Source: a virus
Taxonomy: Duplodnaviria > Caudoviricetes
IMG/VR virus record: IMGVR_UViG_3300044260_000112
Coordinates: 1 to 27,822 of that record
DNA length: 27,822 nt
Direction: 5' to 3' (one strand)
Shown: positions 17,456 through 24,811 of the stretch, piece by piece
Layout of the letters: every line of letters starts with the position of its first letter
Position numbering within the stretch: the first letter of the stretch is position 1
Notes under the pieces: generated by a model
Databases searched by the model: none
What the model was told of the DNA's origin: nothing
What the model saw: only the letters and a program-made list of their open reading frames with translations
Made by a program: the position numbers and the translations under genes

Positions 17456-18024
17456 AGCGCCAACCTCCTGTACTGGCTGAAAATGGCCATGGAACGGGGC
17501 GGAACGTCGCCCATATCGAACGAAATGTTCACCTGGCCGCTCATGCTGTTTGATTTCTCGCCAATGCGCACACGCTGGCGATAGGTCAAGGCGAATGCCT
17601 CAATCGCCGCCTGCTTCAGATCCAGCGGCACGCTCGGATAGCCGGCCGAATACGAAAGCTGAATGTTCTGCACGCCGCGGCAAAGACGAAAGCCACGCAG
17701 CAGGATGCGCCGTCCGTCCCACAGATAACCAGCGGTTGTGGAAGTGGTTGCCGCCTGGATGCTAACCCCGTCGATGCTTAGGCTGCTGACAGACGTAATT
17801 GGAAAATTGCGTGGGAGCAGCCGATCAGAGTCATTCCCGTCATAGGTTTCCGTTAGCGATCCGAGCACCGACGAAAGAAGGTGTGGGCGGCCGATGTACT
17901 GCAAGACTTGCAGACTGGCGTTGGTGATAAGGCTTTGCAGAGTAGCGTCATCGTTGTTGCCCTGGTTGGGCAGCCACGATTTGAGCTCTGCAACGGTACA
18001 AAGATCGTCAGGGGCGGCGGCCAT
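17452..18024 (-). CDS. Head-tail adaptor (gp6/phiE125 gp8-like)
   Basis: DLCTVAELKSWL..DDATLQSLITNAS..YSAGYPSVPLDLKQAAIE; GGAGG RBS. Confidence 0.88.
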   Translation of the reverse strand: MAAAPDDLCTVAELKSWLPNQGNNDDATLQSLITNASLQVLQYIGRPHLLSSVLGSLTETYDGNDSDRLLPRNFPITSVSSLSIDGVSIQAATTSTTAGYLWDGRRILLRGFRLCRGVQNIQLSYSAGYPSVPLDLKQAAIEAFALTYRQRVRIGEKSNSMSGQVNISFDMGDVPPRSMAIFSQYRRLAL

Positions 18025-18077
18025 CGGTTACCTCCAAGAAAAAGCAGTTCGCAGTGCAACGCTGTTTTGTAACTTTG

Positions 18078-18120
18078 AAAAGGGAAAGGCAGTCTGGGTC
18101 GGGAAGCCTCAGACTGCCTT
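18078..18120 (-). terminator. Intrinsic terminator after the major capsid gene
   Basis: Stem aaggcagtctg/cagactgcctt followed on the minus strand by TCCCTTTT. Confidence 0.75.
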
Positions 18121-18199
18121 CCTTCTCCGTCAAACCTGCTGGTTGGCAGGCGAGGAGCATCAGCGGCGATTCGCGGCAATCAAGCCGCCGATGAATCGT

Positions 18200-19693
18200 T
18201 TATCCGTTAGCAACGTTCGCAATCACGCCAAGCGAGAACGGTGCGCGGCAGACGAGGACTTCGTCGGCATACACGCCATAGACATACTGGCGCGAGACGA
18301 CGGGCCACTCGATCTGGTAATAATCGCGGCGGCAGCGGACAAAAGAAACGTTGTCCACGCCGGAAAGCGGGTAAGGAATTTCCGAGCTGTTGAAGAAGAT
18401 TGTCCCGGGAGCCAGATTGGGATGGATGCGGATATCCAGAAACTGCTGCGTGAACTTGTTCCAGTACTTGGCAATACTGGCGCCGCCCAGCAGAGCCGGC
18501 TTATCGTCTTCTGATCCAGTGCCGCCCGGTAATGTGAAGCGGAACAATGGCACGCCCCCGGAAGCAACGATTTTCTTGTTAATGTTGCGCGCTTCCTGCG
18601 AGTTGACCCAGATCTCCGTGGGGCTGAGACGCTTGTTGTCCCAGAACCACTGCAGTGCCGTGTCGATCTCCACAATGCCGTTGGCCTGGTCGGCGGTGAG
18701 TGTGTTGCCATCGAGCGAATTGAAGTAGCCGGCGTTGGATTTGAGGGCTTGCGTGAGAAAGCCATCGAAGACCAGAGCGTTGGCGGATCCATCTGTGCCG
18801 GAGTTTGCGGCGTTGGCCAACTGCGTGCCCGCAACCGGAGCGCTGATGGTGACCTTGTTCACGGTGGTGATGGTGTTCAGTGTGGCAGTTGCCGCGCTGG
18901 TACCGATATACCAGGCGTATCCGGCCGCACCTTTCACTGCCGGCACAGTGGCAACGACAGTCTGCTGACCGGCGGTAGTAACAGCAGCAGAGGATGCAGC
19001 ACTGATAGCGCTGGCGCCCGCACCGTACTGCGTGGAAGTACCGTCAATGTTGACGCGCGTTACCTGACCGTAAGGCACACCGCTGATGGAAACAGTGGAA
19101 TTGGCAAGCGCGCGCGCCGTGAGCGCCGTCACGAAAACAAGCAAGCTCAGTCCGGAGCCGAGTGTTCCACCGTTTGCCAAGGTAACGGTCGGCGCAGGAG
19201 GCGTACCCAAAGCCATCGACGCATTGCCGTTGAGGATCACGTTCTCTTCACCGATCATCACCGCGCGCAGCAGTGACTGGACAAGAGTGGCCTTGTTATC
19301 GAACTCCTTGCCGCCCGACCAGACTGCTTCCCAGTCGATGGAGGCTTCAAGCCCGAGGCCAGCGTAGGACGCAACATAATCCTGCTCAGTGACGCTCATT
19401 TCCGCCGAGCGGCGGCCCGGAGCAACTCCGAGTTCGAAACCCTGCGTGTTGACGCCGGTAATCGCCTTCCAGCGTGTAGCGAGATCGCCACGGTCGCTTA
19501 CCTGGCGAGGCAGGCGGTTACGCAGCGGCGTGATGACCGGATACAGCTGGAGCGCCGGTCCGCGCAGATCAAACGCATTCAAGTTGCCAGCCACGCCGCT
19601 GATCGTGGCCTGACTGATGGTGGTTTTGTTCAAGGAGGAGAGGTCCGCCTTGTTGAGCAGATCAAACGTCTGCTGACTGAGATCGCCAAACAT
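18200..19693 (-). CDS. Major capsid protein (probable HK97 fold) with a large inserted beta-rich domain
   Basis: FDLRGPALQLYPVITPLRNRLPR, AVMIGEENVILNG, IRIHPNLAPGTI, YGVYADEVL..APFSLGVIANV; follows the protease and is followed by a terminator. Confidence 0.88.
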   Translation of the reverse strand: MFGDLSQQTFDLLNKADLSSLNKTTISQATISGVAGNLNAFDLRGPALQLYPVITPLRNRLPRQVSDRGDLATRWKAITGVNTQGFELGVAPGRRSAEMSVTEQDYVASYAGLGLEASIDWEAVWSGGKEFDNKATLVQSLLRAVMIGEENVILNGNASMALGTPPAPTVTLANGGTLGSGLSLLVFVTALTARALANSTVSISGVPYGQVTRVNIDGTSTQYGAGASAISAASSAAVTTAGQQTVVATVPAVKGAAGYAWYIGTSAATATLNTITTVNKVTISAPVAGTQLANAANSGTDGSANALVFDGFLTQALKSNAGYFNSLDGNTLTADQANGIVEIDTALQWFWDNKRLSPTEIWVNSQEARNINKKIVASGGVPLFRFTLPGGTGSEDDKPALLGGASIAKYWNKFTQQFLDIRIHPNLAPGTIFFNSSEIPYPLSGVDNVSFVRCRRDYYQIEWPVVSRQYVYGVYADEVLVCRAPFSLGVIANVANG

Positions 19694-19777
19694 TTTTGTA
19701 TTCCTTTTCTCCGCCTGGAGATTGCGGCTTTGAGGTGAAATGAAATTTTGTGGAAGAGCCTGGCTGTTGCGAGGTCT

Positions 19778-20698
19778 CTAGCGCAGATAAACGGAGGCGG
19801 GCTGCGGTTGCTGCAGCGTACGCTTGAGCAATTCATGAACGCTGGGCTCGCCGGCAGACTTGGCCAGAGCGGGACGCGCGTCATCTTCTTTGGTGACGGT
19901 TTGCGTGGGCACGCCGGTGCGCGCCACACGGCCCTTAGATTCATGCGGCGACGCGAATTTTTCCACGAGTGAAAGGAGATTGGTCAGCGAACGCTGGATC
20001 TCCTGGTTATTGCTCTCCATTTCGCTGCGCAAGCCGGCCACTTCCTGCTCCATTTCAGCCAGCTTGGCGAGCGCCGATGCGGAGCTGGCCCGTGCCTTCT
20101 CCAATAGCGCTTTGTCATTTGCTTCCAGCATTGTGCTTTGATCTCCTGTCTTTACTCCGGAGCGTGAATCGCCCGGGATTGTTTTCATGTGGGTCAGGGT
20201 TGCGAGAGAGAATTTACGGAGTTCGCAGGTGCCGTCGGCTTTTACGGCGGTGAAGTGCGCGCCCGGGACACAAGGGTTATCAACCACGCTGATCTCCACG
20301 GGGTTGGCGGTGAAGCGGACATACTCGCCGTCTTTCCACGAGTTCACGTAAGCGCCGCCGATACTAAAGCCGGTGTAAACGCCGAGCATGCATTTTTGCC
20401 AGGCAACGCTGTCCACGATGCGCGCACCGACGCGAATTTGCTTGAGGTCGTCATCGAAGGCAATGGCAACAAGCTTGCCCACGGCGCTGGGCACGTGCAT
20501 TTCACGAACGTTGCCCAAGCTCTTGCCGTCAGTGGCTTTGGAGATTTCGTCGCTCCAGCTCTTGAAATAGGGCTTGGAGGATTGGTAGTCGAAGATTTCG
20601 CCTTCTTTGTCGACGATCTCGGCGGTAGCAACGCCCCATACTTCGTGTTTTGATTCGTCAATCTTGGCGATCTGGGCGAAAAGGTTCATGGATTTCAT
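19778..20698 (-). CDS. HK97-type prohead protease with C-terminal coiled-coil scaffold
   Basis: VWGVATAEIVDKEGE, VREMH, YTGFSIGG, EISVVDNP; heptad region LAKLAEMEQEVAGLRSEM. Confidence 0.9.
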   Translation of the reverse strand: MKSMNLFAQIAKIDESKHEVWGVATAEIVDKEGEIFDYQSSKPYFKSWSDEISKATDGKSLGNVREMHVPSAVGKLVAIAFDDDLKQIRVGARIVDSVAWQKCMLGVYTGFSIGGAYVNSWKDGEYVRFTANPVEISVVDNPCVPGAHFTAVKADGTCELRKFSLATLTHMKTIPGDSRSGVKTGDQSTMLEANDKALLEKARASSASALAKLAEMEQEVAGLRSEMESNNQEIQRSLTNLLSLVEKFASPHESKGRVARTGVPTQTVTKEDDARPALAKSAGEPSVHELLKRTLQQPQPASVYLR

Positions 20699-20712
20699 GT
20701 TGGCTCCAAAGG

Positions 20713-20737
20713 AAAAAGCAGCCGATAGGGCTGCCTT
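20713..20737 (-). terminator. Terminator/attenuator-like hairpin directly before the protease RBS
   Basis: Minus strand aaggcagccctatcggctgcttttt. Confidence 0.5.
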
Positions 20738-20792
20738 GGGTGGTTAATGTCTGTCTAGATATCGTTTGCTTCTATTCGAGAAACGATCCAGA

Positions 20793-20860
20793 CACAACCG
20801 AGGGCGCCTCCACCCCAGCAAGCCAACTTCAGGCTAGCTGGGGACCCCGGGCTGTGCCAC
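20793..20860. repeat. Nested palindromic REP-like elements overlapping the portal stop codon
   Basis: cacaaccgagggcg[cctccaccccagcaagccaacttcaggctagctggggaccccgg]gctgtgccac; inner hairpin ccccagcaagcc/ggctagctgggg. Confidence 0.6.
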
Positions 20861-22291
20861 TCGATTTTTGTCGGGTTGAGCTTCTTCTGGTGATCCAGAG
20901 TCTTGCGATGAGCTTTTGGTATTCAGCGGAAAGATCCCTCTTGTCGTGATAACGGCATTTCCGGCGCCGATGGGGTGCTTGCCCAGGCTTTCGCGGACCT
21001 CGTCGATGGAGAGGACGCCCGCGCGGACATAAATGTCATCGATCTTTGCCTGCTCAAGCGGGTTCAGAGTGCGGTCCTGCTCCCAGACAAACTCGATATC
21101 GGTGAAGCCGAAGTGGCGCGTGACGATGAAATTAATCGTGTCGGCCAGGTAGCCAAGGATCGGAACAAGGCCTTCGGCGGCTGCCTGCTCGACGCTTGTC
21201 TCAGCCGTGGCGCGATTCATGACGGTGACGAACTGCTGCGGGGAAAGACCGAAGGCATAACAAACGATGCGTGTGATCCACTCATCGAGCGCGTCTTTCA
21301 GCAAGGGATCGCGCGTGAACTGAAGGTTGCCGCATTCAGGAACGAAAGTGATACGGCGGCGACGGGCTGAGTTTCCGGCCAGCGCGCTGTCAAACCATTC
21401 CTGGAATTCACTGATCTGGTCAGCCGACCATTCCTTGGGGACCTGCGCCAGCGCTTCCGGAACATTGCCCTCAGTGTAGTAATTCAGCAGATGAATCTGG
21501 CGGCGAAGGCCAATGTTGATGGTGAGAATGATCTGCTCAACCGGCGAGAAACCAAAAAACTTATGCGCGCGCACATTGCGTGGGCGATAGATGAGCTGGT
21601 CGGCAGTGAAGTCCACGGCGGGCAAGCCTTTGAGGATCTGCTGATACGCGATGGCCGGCGATGCGGGCGTGCGTCCCATGGCATCAATCTTGCGCGCGAT
21701 CGTGGAGCCGTCAATGACTTCCAGGGCATAAAGAGTTTTGTCCGTTGACCACAGCTCACCTTCCTGCGAGACGATGGGCACAAGGACCGGCGCGTCGAGA
21801 ACGAGAAGGTCTTCCAGCAACAAACGTACCCACTGTTGCCAGCTGTGTTCGCGGTCCGGGTAAGAAAAGAAATTGGTGAGCTGCGTTAGGCGCGGATCGT
21901 GCTCTTCATCGTCATTCCCACTGATCGCGCTGTTGCTGGTGTTGGCGGAACGTTTGGGCACGCCCGGCTGAGTCTTAAGACGAAAGGCCCAAGGCATACG
22001 GCTGACTTGGTCTTTGCGCGTCTCAATACAGAGACGAACAAGATCGAAAGAGTCGGCCAGCGAGCGCATCTGGTCAAAAGAGATTGGCTCCATGTTACGC
22101 GGCTGGATGTTGATGTTGTAGCCGACGGGATAATCCAGCGTCCGCGGTGGAGTGCCTGCGGGAGCGCTGGGCTCCATCGGCAGATCGGGGCCAAACCAGA
22201 CGTCGAGCGTGTTGCGCAGCTTGCGGCCAACGCGCTCTACGAAGCCGGGTTCGAGCGCGGTAAGTTTTCCGCCATTGAGAATTTCAGGCAT
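20834..22291 (-). CDS. Phage portal protein (HK97 family)
   Basis: LVRLCIETRKDQV, LLEDLLVLDA, RPRNVRAHKFFGFSPVEQI, YYTEGNVP, NRATAE, GVLSIDEVRESLG. Confidence 0.93.
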   Translation of the reverse strand: MPEILNGGKLTALEPGFVERVGRKLRNTLDVWFGPDLPMEPSAPAGTPPRTLDYPVGYNINIQPRNMEPISFDQMRSLADSFDLVRLCIETRKDQVSRMPWAFRLKTQPGVPKRSANTSNSAISGNDDEEHDPRLTQLTNFFSYPDREHSWQQWVRLLLEDLLVLDAPVLVPIVSQEGELWSTDKTLYALEVIDGSTIARKIDAMGRTPASPAIAYQQILKGLPAVDFTADQLIYRPRNVRAHKFFGFSPVEQIILTINIGLRRQIHLLNYYTEGNVPEALAQVPKEWSADQISEFQEWFDSALAGNSARRRRITFVPECGNLQFTRDPLLKDALDEWITRIVCYAFGLSPQQFVTVMNRATAETSVEQAAAEGLVPILGYLADTINFIVTRHFGFTDIEFVWEQDRTLNPLEQAKIDDIYVRAGVLSIDEVRESLGKHPIGAGNAVITTRGIFPLNTKSSSQDSGSPEEAQPDKNRVAQPGVPS

Positions 22292-22293
22292 AG

Positions 22294-22461
22294 TCAGGCA
22301 ATCCCCACTTTCACGCCCATCACGGCGGAAGTTTCAATGATGAATTCAATCAGAGAGTTCTTGCGGTAAGCGGACTTCATTTGCTCATCGTGAATGCGCA
22401 GGCCTTCATGCCACCGGCACTGGCCCGCATCATCGATGATGTATTCGCCTGTCCATTTCAT
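22294..22461 (-). CDS. Small hypothetical protein (about 55 aa) abutting the portal start
   Basis: MKWTGEYIIDDAGQCRWHEG...; stop 2 nt before the portal ATG; the longer 110-aa call runs through DNA repeats. Confidence 0.55.
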   Translation of the reverse strand: MKWTGEYIIDDAGQCRWHEGLRIHDEQMKSAYRKNSLIEFIIETSAVMGVKVGIA

Positions 22462-22482
22462 ATGTCGCTTCCATTCATAGTG

Positions 22483-22623
22483 TCGCTCCGCTCCAAACCT
22501 CTTTTGCGGCGTTGATCCCAAAAGGTGCATTTCTGCCTTAAGGCTGGCGGCTCGGCGATCCGGGCCTCGCCCCTTTGACATCAAATTATTTCGCTCCGCT
22601 CCAAACCGCTTTTGCGGCGTTGA
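22483..22623. repeat. Two 33-bp direct repeats (22483-22515, 22591-22623) flanking a hairpin-containing 75-bp spacer
   Basis: tcgctccgctccaaacc(t/g)cttttgcggcgttga, 1 mismatch. Confidence 0.92.
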
Positions 22624-22680
22624 CAAATTAAGTGTTTTTAACGCTCGTTACGGAGAAGGCGGAACTAAGAGCAATTAAAA

Positions 22681-23220
22681 TCAGTAGCCGATGATCACGC
22701 GGTCAGTGCACGTGCCGGCAACGGAGGTTTCATTCTTTTCAAAGAATGAAACTGCTAATTGGGGCAGTCGAGCCGGGACCTGGAGCGTACCGCTGGTCAC
22801 GGTGGGAGCAAGTTCAGTAGCGAGGAATGCCTGTTGCGCGCCTGATGTCATGTTGGTGGCGATGATGTAACTGTTATAGAAGGTGAAATTCGGGCTCGAC
22901 TGGCCCTGATCATCTGCCGTGTAGACGTTCATGACAAGATCAAAGTTCTGGGTGCAAGAGGCGAAGACGGTCATTTTGGTGGCATCGCCCCCGCGGATAA
23001 TGCTGGTGTTGGGGGTAGCGCCGCCGACGGAAGCAGGCAGAGCGACGCCGCTGTGCGCCAGGTCCGTGGGAGAGTAAACGAGATGAGGCATGGGACGAGG
23101 CAACACCGGCTTGCCGTTTTTATCCATCTCAGGGAACTGGCTGGAAGTTTGAGAAAAGAGGAAAAGGGTGGTGATGCACAACAGCGCGAGTAGGCCAACG
23201 TACAAAGTTCTTTTGTTCAC
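22681..23220 (-). CDS. Exported beta-rich hypothetical protein upstream of the portal
   Basis: GTG at 23220 after CAGGAG; MNKRTLYVGLLALLCITTLFLFS|QT signal-like N-terminus; two further Cys in the mature part. Confidence 0.8.
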   Translation of the reverse strand: MNKRTLYVGLLALLCITTLFLFSQTSSQFPEMDKNGKPVLPRPMPHLVYSPTDLAHSGVALPASVGGATPNTSIIRGGDATKMTVFASCTQNFDLVMNVYTADDQGQSSPNFTFYNSYIIATNMTSGAQQAFLATELAPTVTSGTLQVPARLPQLAVSFFEKNETSVAGTCTDRVIIGY

Positions 23221-23263
23221 AGTTATCTCCTGGATTCTTTTCAAGGGCTAAAGGCCGATTTAT

Positions 23264-23572
23264 TTAGAAAGTTTTCGGCACGAGTAAACTCGTGCCCTGA
23301 CACTTGTCTCGTTCGCTCGGGACGCTTTTCAGAGACTCGATCTCACTCGGTATGGCAGTCTCAAATGGTGAGAATGCCGATGAGCCCGCACGCAACGCGA
23401 TACGGCGGCGACGTTTCTTCTTCACGACGGAAAAAGGATAGAGTGCGCAATAGCAGTCGACGCAGAGTGAACGCGAGAGTTCCGACACCGAACGCCGTTC
23501 ATCTGAATTAAGGGGCGCGTTACATTCTTCACAGCGTGGCGGACCGACACGTCCGTTATGATCGTGTGCCAT
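23264..23572 (-). CDS. Small zinc-finger protein with a basic patch
   Basis: ATG after GAGGTG; CEEC...CVDC; KKKRRRR; 3' end runs through a palindrome. Confidence 0.6.
   Translation of the reverse strand: MAHDHNGRVGPPRCEECNAPLNSDERRSVSELSRSLCVDCYCALYPFSVVKKKRRRRIALRAGSSAFSPFETAIPSEIESLKSVPSERDKCQGTSLLVPKTF
23277..23298. repeat. REP-like palindrome
   Basis: ggcacgagt-aa-actcgtgcc, perfect 9-bp arms. Confidence 0.75.
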
Positions 23573-23632
23573 TGGAAACACCTCTGCCCCTGACGCAGAC
23601 CGGTGAACAAAAGAAACGGCCTGGACGGAGCG

Positions 23633-23653
23633 GTACTTAGTATTTGGTATTTG
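23633..23653. repeat. Heptamer tandem repeat, same family as 1527-1554
   Basis: gtactta gtatttg gtatttg. Confidence 0.65.
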
Positions 23654-24015
23654 GTGCCTGCAGTCTTTAGCTTGCAGGCTTCAAAAGTCAGGACGCTCAG
23701 GCTTGGATGGCCTGAACCAGCCACTCTAGAGAATTGCTAACCTGTTGATCTTAAGTTTTGAGGCGCTTTTTGACGGTTTTCGGGAACCTATCATTCTGCG
23801 ATGGAGCAAGAACCCGCGAGGGGCCTGATGCCCTACTTCCGATGTGAGCGCGCATTCCTGCCGAGGCAGGCGAATGACGCTACATGCAAAAGTCCAGAAT
23901 GAGGTTCCCGCAGCAGACGCAAACGGTACGCCGGCCTTGGAAAGGTTGCAGGCCGTTTGATTAAGCCGGCGCCGCTCCCGGCTATGCAGAACCAACTTCC
24001 GCCCTGCATAGACAT

Positions 24016-24045
24016 CTTATACGACAATTCGCGCTTTGAAGTCAA
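24016..24045 (-). promoter_or_regulatory. Candidate leftward sigma70 promoter for the portal-to-lysis operon
   Basis: Minus strand TTGACT-N18-TATAAG with an AT-rich upstream tract. Confidence 0.45.
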
Positions 24046-24109
24046 GAGTAAAAATCATTTTTATCACTTTTTCTCACATTTTTCGCGTATTATCAGACGC
24101 TGTCAAGCA

Positions 24110-24138
24110 TTGACAATTATTTAGACAGTGCTTAGACT
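24110..24138 (+). promoter_or_regulatory. Sigma70 promoter of the divergent regulator
   Basis: TTGACA-N17-TAGACT, 12 nt before ATG 24151, no SD; the -35 is one arm of the inverted repeat tgtcaa-gca-ttgaca. Confidence 0.75.
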
Positions 24139-24150
24139 TTAGGCACACTT

Positions 24151-24555
24151 ATGGCGCGCGAAACTTACAAGCAGGCATACGCGGCAGCGAAGCAGGATCT
24201 GCTGCAACAGCTACAAAAACGAGATGAGCTGGAACAGAAGATCCGCAAGCTGAAACAGACGGTCAAGGCCCTGGGCGAGTTATGCGGCGCCGCCCCGGAG
24301 GAGATCGACAAGCTGCTCCTGGTAGAGGGCTTTGCCATTGAAGCCAAGCCGGGATTTACCGATTCCATCCGGCGGCTGTTTCGCATACATCAGACGCCGC
24401 TAAGCCCAACCGATGTCCGCGAGGACCTGGTGAAGATGGGCATCGGCGTGGGCCAGGTAAATTTGTTGTCGTCCATTCATACCGTGCTGCGCCGCATGGC
24501 GGAAGCCGGTGAAATCGAAAAGACCGAGGATGGGGCTTTTCGGTTGCCGGGGTGA
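24151..24555 (+). CDS. Coiled-coil plus winged-HTH putative transcriptional regulator
   Basis: N-terminal heptads; GFTDSIRRLF..PLSPTDVREDL..LSSIHTVLRRMAEAGEIEKTEDGAFRL winged-helix pattern. Confidence 0.8.
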   Translation: MARETYKQAYAAAKQDLLQQLQKRDELEQKIRKLKQTVKALGELCGAAPEEIDKLLLVEGFAIEAKPGFTDSIRRLFRIHQTPLSPTDVREDLVKMGIGVGQVNLLSSIHTVLRRMAEAGEIEKTEDGAFRLPG

Positions 24556-24559
24556 ACCC

Positions 24560-24606
24560 TTACCCGGCGCTTACGAACTGGGCTACCGTTCGCTACGCTC
24601 GCTTAC
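24560..24606. repeat. Degenerate REP-like palindrome after the regulator stop
   Basis: tacccggcgcttacgaactgggcta followed by ttcgctacgctcgct. Confidence 0.4.
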
Positions 24607-24811
24607 CGCACCTTTCTGGCACTGGATCGTTGTCAGGGAAACGCCTCACAATCTTTTCTTGGACTCATCCTCGGTTAGAAGTCCTTCTATGAGATCCCTT
24701 AAAGATGAAACTCTCTCTCTTGGATCCATCACCAACACCCCAATCCGGATTATGTTGTCAGGCGCCACAATGCCGGAATTCAAAAGACTGACTACCAAGC
24801 TTTAGGAAACA

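Noticed and set aside
22483-22623. Direct repeats as a mini CRISPR array
   Set aside because: Only two units, a 75-bp structured spacer and no cas genes
22462-22626. N-terminal half of the 110-aa ORF with duplicated STPQKRFGAER
   Set aside because: The peptide duplication simply reflects the 33-bp DNA repeat; the ATG at 22461 is a more plausible start
1540-23647. Exact 16-bp match ggtacttagtatttgg at 1540-1555 and 23632-23647 as possible attL/attR
   Set aside because: Both copies are parts of heptamer tandem runs, and they would exclude both the integrase and terL from the excised unit
24646-24798. About 50-codon minus-strand frame after terL (LVVSLLNSG...DESKKRL)
   Set aside because: No RBS or recognisable motif; cannot be distinguished from a chance frame or remnant
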